Positions 1 through 8,096 of a DNA stretch of 64,000 bases are shown here, in pieces (the first letter of the stretch is position 1; each line of letters begins with the position of its first letter). The DNA is from an uncultured Acidimicrobiales bacterium (GTDB lineage Bacteria; Actinomycetota; Acidimicrobiia; Acidimicrobiales; SHLQ01). The notes under the pieces are model-generated. The model was not told the DNA's origin. It saw only the letters and a list, made by a program, of their open reading frames with translations, and did no database searches. The position numbers and the translations under genes are program-made. The stretch is taken from NCBI GenBank assembly GCA_938015295.1, contig CALLQB010000031.1, forward strand, positions 1 through 64,000, given 5' to 3'.

Positions 1-269
1 TTCAGCGTCACCCAAAGCGAGTTGCGAAGTGCCTTGTCGTCTCTCATCCGCTCGAAGTTGTCGAAGCCGATCCATTCGCCTTCGTTGGCGAGCAGGTTCC
101 AGTCGGTGAACGCCAGGTACACGCCTCGCAGCGTTGGATACAGGAAGAACACCACGAACCCAATAAGGCTCGGCAGCAGGAACCAAAAGGCCACCCGCCA
201 GCCGCCCGAGATGTTCTGACTACTACTTCGTGAAGCAGAGTCGGTTGTCGCTTTCGCCGTTGCGGTCAT
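1..269 (-). CDS. Carbohydrate ABC transporter permease (MalF/UgpA type), N-terminal 89 codons only; the gene runs off the left edge
   Basis: My own minus-strand translation from the ATG at 269..267 gives MTATAKATTDSASRSSSQNISGGWRVAFWFLLPSLIGFVVFFLYPTLRGVYLAFTDWNLLANEGEWIGFDNF. The LPSLIGF..FF.YP......LAFTDWN N-terminus is typical of sugar-uptake ABC permeases. It is absent from the ORF track because the window edge truncates it. Confidence 0.75.
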   Translation of the reverse strand, partial: MTATAKATTDSASRSSSQNISGGWRVAFWFLLPSLIGFVVFFLYPTLRGVYLAFTDWNLLANEGEWIGFDNFERMRDDKALRNSLWVTL

Positions 270-594
270 GTCGACCTCCAACCGCCACGCGGTCGCACTC
301 TGCGTGTCGATCGCCTCTCACAATGCTGCCGTTGTTGCACAACGCCCCCTCAACTGTGTGATGTTGCCTGCTCGTCGCTTGCCTTGCGTCGATACCTCAA
401 CCGTAGTTCCCCTCGGCTGATACGAACGAACGCACGCAACAACACACACTTTCTATCATTATTTACCACAAACATTCAACTTCTCGCATAAAAGCTCAAC
501 AAGAGCGCAGAGAACACCGCAAAGCACCATCGTGGGGTACTCTCGGTGCAACGCCTTGGATGATGTAGCCGAAGAACTAGAGGACCACCGATCG

Positions 595-1407
595 ATGCTC
601 GCTCATCAACGTCACGAACGAATCGTCGAAGCAGTCCGCAGTGGCGGGTCGGTTCGGGTCAGCGATCTCGCCGAGCTGCTCGACGTTTCGTATATGACCA
701 TTCGGCGCGACCTCGATATCCTCGACGAACGCGGGCTGATTATCAAAGTGCATGGCGGCGCTACCAGCATCGAGGACCGTAGCACCGACGAACCTGGCTT
801 TGACGCGAAGCAGCCACGTCAGCGCAACGAAAAGTTGGCAATCGCCCGCCTCGCTGCGGATATGGTCACCCCCGGTTCAGCCATTGGACTCACCGCCGGA
901 ACCACCACGTTTAACATGGCCGCGTACTTGCTCGACACTCCCGGCCTCACGGTCGTTACCAATGCTCCCGGTATCGCCCAGCAGCTGTACCGTTCGCCCC
1001 GAACCGACCTCACTGTTGTTCTCACTGGGGGCCACCGCACCCGCTCCGACGCGCTTATTGGGCCCATTGCCACGTCTGCGCTTCGCAACCTGCACGTTGA
1101 CCTGTTGTTTATGGGCATCCACGGCATGGACGCCGATGCGGGATTCACCACCCCGAACATCTCTGAGGCTGAAACCAACCAGGCATTTGCCCAATCGTCC
1201 CGGCAACTGATCGTGGTCGCCGATCACACCAAATGGGGCACCCGCGGGTTAGCCACCATCGCCCCGCTAGAGGCAGCCAACGTTCTGATCTCCGATGTTC
1301 GTTTGCCAGAATCGGCACGCACCTCGTTCGAAGAGTTTGGTACCGAGCTCCGCCTCGCAGAGGTGAGCGACGATGTCGCACTTGGCGACCAATCGGCTGC
1401 GAGCTAA
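595..1407 (+). CDS. DeoR family transcriptional regulator (HTH plus DeoR C-terminal sugar-binding domain)
   Basis: ORF 532..1407. MLAHQRHERIVEAVRSGGSVRVSDLAELLDVSYMTIRRDLDILDERGLIIKVHGGA is a classic DeoR HTH. I prefer the ATG at 595, which has GAGGA about 11 nt upstream, over the GTG at 532. It is divergent from the sugar permease. Confidence 0.88.
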   Translation: MLAHQRHERIVEAVRSGGSVRVSDLAELLDVSYMTIRRDLDILDERGLIIKVHGGATSIEDRSTDEPGFDAKQPRQRNEKLAIARLAADMVTPGSAIGLTAGTTTFNMAAYLLDTPGLTVVTNAPGIAQQLYRSPRTDLTVVLTGGHRTRSDALIGPIATSALRNLHVDLLFMGIHGMDADAGFTTPNISEAETNQAFAQSSRQLIVVADHTKWGTRGLATIAPLEAANVLISDVRLPESARTSFEEFGTELRLAEVSDDVALGDQSAAS

Positions 1408-1502
1408 TTCGCACACAACGCATTTTCGCACACAGTGCATTCGGGCCTAGATCGTTCGAACTGAAATGATCTAGGGTTTAATCTGGGCATTAGGGGAATG
1501 CG

Positions 1503-1940
1503 ATGACCGAAGAACGAACAGCCGAGCAACTCCACGGTGCCGATGCGGCAGCTTCCACGTTGGGCATCACGTTAGTGTCGGCGGACGCCAGCGGTGTTGA
1601 GCTGCGGATGACCGTTCGCGACGACATGCTCAACTTTGGAGGAACCTGTCACGGAGGCGCCCTCTTTCATCTCGCCGACACGGCGATGTCGTACCTCAGT
1701 AACGCCGGCACCACCACGTCTGTCGCGACCGCGGCGTCGATCGATTTTGTCGCCCCGGCGTTCTCGGGCACGACGCTGCACGCCGTTGGCACCACGGTGC
1801 TAGCGGCTCGAAACGCTGTGCATGATGTCACGATCAAAACCGCGCACGGCGAAGTCATCGCAATCTTCCGCGGCAAAACCCTGGGCCTCAAAGCTGCATC
1901 GCCAACGGCGCCTACGAAGACCAATCCGACCAATGGCTGA
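1503..1940 (+). CDS. PaaI/PaaD-type hotdog-fold thioesterase
   Basis: 145 aa. GTCHGGALFHLADTAMSYL is the PaaI-family motif. AGGGGAA lies upstream of the ATG. Confidence 0.8.
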   Translation: MTEERTAEQLHGADAAASTLGITLVSADASGVELRMTVRDDMLNFGGTCHGGALFHLADTAMSYLSNAGTTTSVATAASIDFVAPAFSGTTLHAVGTTVLAARNAVHDVTIKTAHGEVIAIFRGKTLGLKAASPTAPTKTNPTNG

Positions 1941-2442
1941 AGTCTCTCGATCACGAAAGTTTGAGCGAGCTTCGCTCGACATCGTCAGTAGGGACGTACC
2001 CGATGTCGACCTCGACGCGTTCGCTGCCACCGCAACCATTGTTCGCCTCGCTACCCGCATTATCCAAGATGTCGAAGCTGCAGTGCATCGTCCGGCAGGT
2101 TGGAGCTACGCAGGCTTTCGGGTCATGTTCACCATCTGGGTCGAGGGCGAGCTCGAACCTCGCGACATTGCGCTCTATTCCGGCTTGTCCCGTGCCGCCG
2201 TTTCGAGCGTACTGAATACCCTTGAGGGCGATGGTCTCATCACCCGAAGTCGCGAGTCAGCCGACCGAAGATTGGTCACCACTCGGCTCACCGACGAGGG
2301 CCAACAACGCCTCATCGAGGCCTATGGGCTCGATAACAAACGATGTTCCGAACTGTTTGGCAACCTCAACCAGTCAGAAGTCACCACCCTCATAAAACTC
2401 TGCGGCCGCCTCCTAGAAACCCCCCGCTCCCCCCGTGACTAA
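1933..2442 (+). CDS. MarR family transcriptional regulator
   Basis: ORF 1822..2442. The winged-helix region reads LYSGLSRAAVSSVLNTLEGDGLITRSRESADRRLVTTRLTDEGQ. The ATG at 1933 overlaps the upstream TGA (ATGgcTGA), which suggests translational coupling with the thioesterase. Confidence 0.85.
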   Translation: MAEVSRSRKFERASLDIVSRDVPDVDLDAFAATATIVRLATRIIQDVEAAVHRPAGWSYAGFRVMFTIWVEGELEPRDIALYSGLSRAAVSSVLNTLEGDGLITRSRESADRRLVTTRLTDEGQQRLIEAYGLDNKRCSELFGNLNQSEVTTLIKLCGRLLETPRSPRD

Positions 2443-2449
2443 CCCCAGG

Positions 2450-2496
2450 ATCTCGTGACACCCGGCGACAATTCTTGTCGCCTCGTGTCACGAGAT
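2450..2496. repeat. Palindromic intergenic repeat, copy 1 (CTCGTGACAC-nn-GGCGACA / TGTCGCC-nn-GTGTCACGAG)
   Basis: The sequence atctcgtgacacccggcgacaattcttgtcgcctcgtgtcacgagat lies between the convergent MarR and bioB stops. It is near-identical to the copies at 3675 and 4766. Confidence 0.9.
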
Positions 2497-2503
2497 TCTC
2501 GGT

Positions 2504-3601
2504 CTACCGGGTTGGACGGAGGTCAGTGATCGTTTTCAACGCTGGTGATCCGCCGATATCCACCGGTTGTTCGTTGGCGGACGGCTGCGCCTCGGCATCG
2601 AGCAGCAACGATTCGGCCGAGAAGTCACTCACAATCTCAAAACCGGCATCGGTAATCATCTGATAGGTCCGGTTTGAGGCCGCTCCTTTGGCGTTGAGAT
2701 AGCCATCGAGGAACAACGAGTTGGCTGCATAAAGCGACATGACCTCAAGGGAACGAAGGTGGAACTCTCGCCCGGCGGCGCATCGGATTTCCGCAGTGGG
2801 GTTCATAAAGCGAAACATGCACAACACACGCAGGCAGTACTCGGGTGAAAGCCCCGTCGACTCGACCAACTCATTGCCCTCAAAGGGCAAAAGAAAGTTG
2901 ACCGGAATCGACTCGGCACCAAGTTCGCGTAGCGTTGTTGCGATCTCCACGAGGTCCGATGCGGGCTCACCCATCCCGGCGATAAGACCCGAGCAGGTTT
3001 CGAGGCCATTGCGCTTGGCCGCCCGAAGTGTTTCGAGCCGGTCACGATAGGTATGGGTGGTGCAGATGTCGGCGTAGTGTTCTTCGGAGGTGTTGAGATT
3101 GTGGTTGAGCCGATCAAGGCCGGCATCGGCAAGCACCTTCGCCTTGTCGTCGTCGAGCAGCCCGGCTGACACACAAACCTCGAGGGGGTAGTTGTCCTTA
3201 ATTTCTCGTACCAGCGCGGCTAGCTGCTCTGCTCGCCCTTTCGACGGACCGCGACCCGAGAAGACCATGCAATAGCGAAAAGCGCCGTTTTCATAGGCCC
3301 GCTTGGCCTCAGCAAGAATCTCCTCGGTGCTTTTCATCGGGTATTCCTCGATGTCGACATCGCTGGTCTTCGCCTGGGTGCAGTACGAGCAATCTTCGGG
3401 GCATTTGCCGTTGGCAGCGTTGTTGAGGATGTGCACCTGGACGGTCTTTCCCCAATGCGCTTTCCTTACGGTGAACGCAGCATTCAGAAGCGGGAGAAGC
3501 TCGATCTCGGGGTCGGTGAGGAGCTGTTCGCAAAGCTCGGCAGAAGGAGCGACCCCGGCAAGTGAATCGGCAGAAAGCGTGGCATAGAAGTCGTTGCTCA
3601 T
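2504..3601 (-). CDS. bioB: Biotin synthase (radical SAM)
   Basis: The ORF 2504..3892 is trimmed to the ATG at 3601 (MSNDFYATL...). It has the radical-SAM triad CPEDCSYC. LNHNLNTSEEHY and SGLIAGMGE match the BioB blocks YNHNLxTS and SGxIxGxGE. The 5' part of the long ORF would run through the palindromic repeat. Confidence 0.85.
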   Translation of the reverse strand: MSNDFYATLSADSLAGVAPSAELCEQLLTDPEIELLPLLNAAFTVRKAHWGKTVQVHILNNAANGKCPEDCSYCTQAKTSDVDIEEYPMKSTEEILAEAKRAYENGAFRYCMVFSGRGPSKGRAEQLAALVREIKDNYPLEVCVSAGLLDDDKAKVLADAGLDRLNHNLNTSEEHYADICTTHTYRDRLETLRAAKRNGLETCSGLIAGMGEPASDLVEIATTLRELGAESIPVNFLLPFEGNELVESTGLSPEYCLRVLCMFRFMNPTAEIRCAAGREFHLRSLEVMSLYAANSLFLDGYLNAKGAASNRTYQMITDAGFEIVSDFSAESLLLDAEAQPSANEQPVDIGGSPALKTITDLRPTR

Positions 3602-3674
3602 GAGGTACTCAGTCAAACCCACACAACCCCTACCCCGCCAACCCGCACCACCTCCAAATACCGCACACCCCCCA

Positions 3675-3723
3675 AAACTCGTGACACCAGGCGACAGTAT
3701 TTGTCGCCTGGTGTCACGAGATT
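3675..3723. repeat. Palindromic intergenic repeat, copy 2; on the minus strand it is followed by TTTT and so looks like an intrinsic terminator for the DUF559 gene
   Basis: The sequence is aaactcgtgacaccaggcgacagtatttgtcgcctggtgtcacgagatt, with a perfect 18-bp stem. It lies 5 nt after the stop of the 3729..4646 gene on the minus strand. Confidence 0.9.
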
Positions 3724-3728
3724 GCGGT

Positions 3729-4646
3729 CTAGGAGGCGAGGAATGCTCGGGCCATTGCGACGAGTTGTTTGGGTTGGTCGACGTACATCGACCACAAGAT
3801 CTCTTGGATGTTCCAACCGAGTGCCTTGGCCCTGTTTCGTTTTCGCTTGTCGCGCTCGATGTCGGTGCGGCCAAAGTGGAACGCCAGACCATCGAGCTCC
3901 CATGCCTTCTTGTGCAGCGGCCAAGCCAAGTCGCTCTGAAGAACGAGTCGACCCGCTTGATCGACGATCCGAAACTCCAAAACCGGTCGGGGTATACCCG
4001 CCTCTACCAGCAAATTTGCCACAAGCCGTGAGAAGTCCGACAGCGGCACCGTTTGGTCGCCGAGCCGACGCTCCAGAAGCTTCCGGAGATTGCCACAGCC
4101 CGTTCGGCCCTGCACCGAATGCCGCATGAGGCAGTGCAGCAGACTCGGCCACGTGGTGTGCCGTTGACGTATCGCTGACTCGCACAGCCTCTCCAATGTT
4201 CGCACCGACATCACTGCGCCGCAGTCAAGCAACGTACGGTCAACGCCGGTACATGCAATGCCCCGCCGGACGTCGGCGTCGCGGCGTTCCCACTGCGTTG
4301 AGTGATGCACTATCGCCTGCTCGTACCGAAACCGCCGGCCATGCGGGATACTCACCTCGGGACAAGGAGCCGTATAGAGCTCGAGATGCCAGAGAGCGGC
4401 CGCCGCTCGATGCGAGGCTATGCCCCCGCTCGAGAGAACCACCGCCAACAACTGCTGCTCCCATGACGGCGGCGCTGCCGGATGTCGAAACACGCTGGGA
4501 AGATCCTCGGCCCAGACTCCGGTCGCAACCCGGTAACGCATCTGCCGGGCGCTGAGTCCACGGTCAGCTGCCTGCGCGCGACTTACGAGACCGTACTGAC
4601 AAGCAAAAAGATCGTCGGTTGTGGGTTCCACCACATTCCTCCTCAA
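3729..4646 (-). CDS. DUF559 / AbiEi_4-like N-terminal domain protein (Vsr-like endonuclease-fold C-terminus)
   Basis: 305 aa. The N-terminus QYGLVSRAQAADRGLSARQMRYRVATGVWAEDLPSVFR resembles AbiEi-type wHTH. The C-terminus AWELDGLAFHFGRTDIERDKRKRNRAKALGWNIQ fits the DUF559 pattern common in actinobacteria. Confidence 0.75.
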   Translation of the reverse strand: MRRNVVEPTTDDLFACQYGLVSRAQAADRGLSARQMRYRVATGVWAEDLPSVFRHPAAPPSWEQQLLAVVLSSGGIASHRAAAALWHLELYTAPCPEVSIPHGRRFRYEQAIVHHSTQWERRDADVRRGIACTGVDRTLLDCGAVMSVRTLERLCESAIRQRHTTWPSLLHCLMRHSVQGRTGCGNLRKLLERRLGDQTVPLSDFSRLVANLLVEAGIPRPVLEFRIVDQAGRLVLQSDLAWPLHKKAWELDGLAFHFGRTDIERDKRKRNRAKALGWNIQEILWSMYVDQPKQLVAMARAFLAS

Positions 4647-4765
4647 TCCGCCCCAACAAAGGGGTCGGTAGATGTAAGGAGGAAGTTCGTCAGACCTTAG
4701 ATAGCAAGTGTGACATTTCTAGCGAATCCCCAAGCGCTCCAACCCCAGATGCCCGCAAAACCCAA

Positions 4766-4813
4766 AAACTCGTGACACTAGGCGACAAAAATTGTCGCCG
4801 TGTGTCACGAGAT
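4766..4813. repeat. Palindromic intergenic repeat, copy 3; on the minus strand it is followed by TTTTT and looks like a terminator for the Liv-type operon
   Basis: The sequence is aaactcgtgacactaggcgacaaaaattgtcgccgtgtgtcacgagatt. It lies about 25 nt downstream (minus sense) of the ABC ATPase stop at 4839. Confidence 0.9.
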
Positions 4814-4838
4814 TCCGAAGTGGTGGGCGGGCTTGGGG

Positions 4839-5609
4839 TTAGGCGAACTCGGAGCCTAGGTACGCGGCGATTACTGCAGGGTCTTTTTGCACGACATCGG
4901 GGGTACCGATCGCTATGCGTTGACCGAAGTCGAGCACCATTACCCGATCGGCGATGTCCATGACCAAGCCCATGTCGTGCTCGACCATGATCATGGCGAT
5001 ACCCAACTCGTGACGAATGTCGAGGATGAACCGGGCCATATCCTCGGTCTCTTCCTGGTTCATGCCAGCTACTGGCTCATCGAGAAGCAGCAGTTCGGGT
5101 TCCATCGCCAAGGCCCGGCCGAGCTCAACGCGCTTTTGGATGCCGTACGGCAACAGTGCAACCGGCGACTTGCGCCAGCTTTCGATTTCGAGAAAGTCGA
5201 CGATGTCTTCGACGCGACGGCGGTTTGCCATCTCTTCCTTCTTCGCCGCGCCAAACCACATCGCGCCGGCAAGCCACGAGCTCTTCATGCGGATGTGGCG
5301 ACCGAGAAGAAGGTTATCGATAACCGTCATCTGCGGGAAAAGCTCGATGTTTTGAAAGGTACGAGCAATGCCGAGCTCGGCGACCTTGTCGGGGCGTTGC
5401 CCCATAATCGACTCGCCCTTCCACTTGATGTCACCCTCTTGCGGGCGATACACCTGGGAGATCGTGTTGAAGATCGAGGTCTTTCCTGCGCCGTTTGGTC
5501 CGATGATCGAGAACAGTTCGCCCTCTTGCACATCGAAGCCCACACTATTGATAGCAGTGACTCCGCCAAAGCGCAGTGTGATGTCTTGTACGTCGAGAAG
5601 AGTAGTCAT
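4839..5609 (-). CDS. livG: ABC transporter ATP-binding protein, LivG type (HAAT family)
   Basis: 256 aa. It has Walker A GPNGAGKTS, signature and Walker B LLLLDEPVAGM, and the LivG-type insertion GRHIRMKSSWLAGAMWFG. Confidence 0.9.
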   Translation of the reverse strand: MTTLLDVQDITLRFGGVTAINSVGFDVQEGELFSIIGPNGAGKTSIFNTISQVYRPQEGDIKWKGESIMGQRPDKVAELGIARTFQNIELFPQMTVIDNLLLGRHIRMKSSWLAGAMWFGAAKKEEMANRRRVEDIVDFLEIESWRKSPVALLPYGIQKRVELGRALAMEPELLLLDEPVAGMNQEETEDMARFILDIRHELGIAMIMVEHDMGLVMDIADRVMVLDFGQRIAIGTPDVVQKDPAVIAAYLGSEFA

Positions 5610-5624
5610 GATGAGCGTCGTCTC

Positions 5625-6416
5625 CTAAGACAACCAGCGCTTGCGGCGCTTGTAGTGCTTCACGTCGCGGAAACTCTTGCGTTCGCCGGACTCGTCGGTG
5701 TGCAGGCCAAGGTAGAACTCCTGCACGTCTTCATCATTGCGAAGTTTCTCGGCGTCGCCATCCATCACGATCTTGCCGGTTTCCATGATGTAACCGGTGT
5801 TGGCGATGGACAGCGCCATCGCTGCGTTCTGTTCGATCAACAGCACCGAGGTGCCTTCTGCATTGATCTCGAGGATGACGTCACGGACTTGCTGCACAAG
5901 CAGCGGTGCCAAACCAAGCGAAGGCTCATCGAGAATGAGGAGCTCGGGCTCGGCCATCATTGCTCGCCCGATTGCCAGCATCTGCTGCTCGCCGCCGGAG
6001 AGGTAGCCGGCTGTTTGATCGTGACGTTCAAGCAGCACGGGGAACAACGCCATGATGCGGTCGTAGTTCTTCTTCTCGTTGGCCCGGTTGGTGAATGCGC
6101 CGGTGGCCAGGTTCTCGTCGATGGTGAGCTCAGCGAAGATTCGCCGCCCTTCCATCACCTGAGAGATGCCGTTGTTCACGATGGCCGACGGCTTGTCCTT
6201 GGAGATGTCGCGACCCTTCCAGGTCACGGTTCCCTTGGTGGCAGCACCATCATGGACATCCAACAAGCCGGTGATAGCTCGCGACGTTGTGGTCTTACCC
6301 GCACCATTCGAGCCGAGCAGCGCAACAATGTCGCCCTCGGGCACTTCGATCGAAAGGCCGCGCAACACGAGGATGACCTCGTTGTAGACAACCTCAAGAT
6401 TCGCAACTTCGAGCAC
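5625..6416 (-). CDS. livF: ABC transporter ATP-binding protein, LivF type
   Basis: 263 aa. It has Walker A GSNGAGKTT, signature LSGGEQQML and Walker B LLILDEPSLGL. Confidence 0.9.
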   Translation of the reverse strand: MLEVANLEVVYNEVILVLRGLSIEVPEGDIVALLGSNGAGKTTTSRAITGLLDVHDGAATKGTVTWKGRDISKDKPSAIVNNGISQVMEGRRIFAELTIDENLATGAFTNRANEKKNYDRIMALFPVLLERHDQTAGYLSGGEQQMLAIGRAMMAEPELLILDEPSLGLAPLLVQQVRDVILEINAEGTSVLLIEQNAAMALSIANTGYIMETGKIVMDGDAEKLRNDEDVQEFYLGLHTDESGERKSFRDVKHYKRRKRWLS

Positions 6417-6538
6417 GGTTCCCCCAAATGGTTAGTGCGGTAGTACTTCAAACTGTGCGGTGCCTGCCCCGCCCGCCCAGGGCGGACGAAGCAGGCACCA
6501 TCAACAGCGTTGGCTATAGCAATAGCCAAGCAGCAGAT

Positions 6539-7948
6539 TTAGCTACTTGGCTCAATGCAAGGTCCGTCGAACACGTAGTCAGCGGCGACAGTGCCGATGT
6601 AGTCCTGCTCGAGCGGGATAAGGCCAGAAGAACCGGGGTTCTCCGGGGTGGCTTCGCCCATGGGAATGATGTTGAACGCCTCGGCGTCGACATCAAAGAT
6701 CCAGGTCGAACGCACGAGTGCGTCGTTGTAGTCGTTCGGCCAACTCTGCGGAGCCGACAGACCCATGAAGTCGACCTCAAGGCCGGAGGTGGCAAGAGCC
6801 ACCATGTTTTCGCGGGTCATGTCGCCAGCGTCGATCGCTGCGGTGATCAGCGTCTCGGCCATGATTCCTTCAATCCAACCAACGGTGTAACCATCGGAGA
6901 TGTTGAGGTCAGGACGACGAGCCGTCATTTCCTCAACGATTACCTCGGTGCCGGGGGCACCCCACGGAGCGTTGAAGGCTGACTGGAAGTAGTACTTATC
7001 GAACTCTGCCGCGAAGTCCGACGGCATCATGACGGGATAGCTGAAGGACGGGGTGTTACCCGACCAGGTAGCTTCGAAGCCCTGCGATACTGCGTTGCCG
7101 AAGATGTCGAGAAGCTCACCTGGGGTGAGCGTGGTCCACACGATGTTGGCACCCGAGCCGGTGAGCTCTGCGATCACACCGGTGCGGTCGTCGCCGGCAA
7201 CTGCGCCAGTTCCGTCGTACACAATTTCGATGCCGAGTTCTTCTGCAGCGATCTTGGCGCCTGCGGAGCCGTCTTCGCCGTACTCACCTGGGCGGCCAAG
7301 GATGGCAAGCTTCGGGTCATCGACCTGCGTCGACAGCCACTCAACACCATTGATGGACTCGACGCAGTACGTTGCCTGCTTCTCGAGAATCGTCGCACCA
7401 AACTCGGGGTCTGGCCACAGCGATGCCCAACTGAGAGGGATGACAAGCATGTTGTCGTCGGCTGCATCTTCAGCGATCGCTGCAGTAATTGGCGAACCGG
7501 TGTTCTCGGTGATCATAAGAACGCCCTCTTCGCTTTCCTGCGCCAGGGTCTCGTAGTTCTGGATGCCAACGTCGGTTGCATAACCGGAGTCGAGGGTTTC
7601 CATCTCAACCGTCCAGCCTTTGTAGCCACCGTTCTCGTTAAAGACTTCCCAGTAGACTTCCTGGCCAGTCACGATTTCGTTGACCAACGCAGCGAATGGA
7701 CCGGTGAGGTCGCCGTTTACGCCAACGCGAATGACCTTGTTTTCAGCGTCGACACCGAAGTCGGTGGCAACCTCGCCACCCTCTTCCATAGCACCGTCGT
7801 CACCATCGTCACCGCTACTGGACGTGTCGTCGGTGGTATCGCCACCATCGCCGCCGCCGTCGCTCGAACTGTCACCGTCACTTCCGCATGCTGCGGCGAA
7901 GAGACTGAAGACCGCTACTAGCGCTATCAACCATCGCATTCGTTTCAT
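6539..7948 (-). CDS. ABC substrate-binding lipoprotein (LivK/type-I periplasmic binding fold); ligand unknown
   Basis: The ORF is trimmed to MKRMRWLIALVAVFSLFAAACGSDG (signal peptide plus lipobox). A long acidic Asp/Ser/Gly linker follows. Its position inside a LivHMGF operon supports the call. Confidence 0.8.
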   Translation of the reverse strand: MKRMRWLIALVAVFSLFAAACGSDGDSSSDGGGDGGDTTDDTSSSGDDGDDGAMEEGGEVATDFGVDAENKVIRVGVNGDLTGPFAALVNEIVTGQEVYWEVFNENGGYKGWTVEMETLDSGYATDVGIQNYETLAQESEEGVLMITENTGSPITAAIAEDAADDNMLVIPLSWASLWPDPEFGATILEKQATYCVESINGVEWLSTQVDDPKLAILGRPGEYGEDGSAGAKIAAEELGIEIVYDGTGAVAGDDRTGVIAELTGSGANIVWTTLTPGELLDIFGNAVSQGFEATWSGNTPSFSYPVMMPSDFAAEFDKYYFQSAFNAPWGAPGTEVIVEEMTARRPDLNISDGYTVGWIEGIMAETLITAAIDAGDMTRENMVALATSGLEVDFMGLSAPQSWPNDYNDALVRSTWIFDVDAEAFNIIPMGEATPENPGSSGLIPLEQDYIGTVAADYVFDGPCIEPSS

Positions 7949-8096
7949 ATTCCCCTCCTGGGAGCTTTTGGTACTCAAGAGCACCGGTAATTTTCACGGA
8001 GCCGGAGGCCCCGAGATCTTTGGGCATGTGCCCGACCAAGTATCACTGCTCGATACGTTCCGAACAGGTCACCCTGGAAAAATGTTGTGAGACGGC

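Noticed and set aside
3602-3892. N-terminal 96-aa extension of the bioB ORF (the track ORF starts at 3892).
   Set aside because: The extension is Pro/Arg/Ser-rich, runs through the palindromic repeat and G-rich tract, and is absent from BioB proteins. MSNDFY at 3601 gives a normal BioB length.
2450-4813. The three palindromic repeats read as a CRISPR-like array, or as the inverted ends of one transposon.
   Set aside because: The copies are 1.1-1.2 kb apart with full genes between them. Each copy is itself a palindrome rather than a member of a terminal inverted-repeat pair. No transposase is present.
4887-6443. A 518-aa plus-strand ORF, plus similar long ORFs at 9537..10397, 17037..17930, 22036..23256, 23731..24567, 41508..42542, 43403..44245, 54571..55593, 57693..58457 and 60640..61254.
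   Set aside because: Each lies antisense to a gene with strong family motifs. Their translations are Arg/His/Gly-rich low-complexity sequence, typical of shadow ORFs in high-GC DNA.
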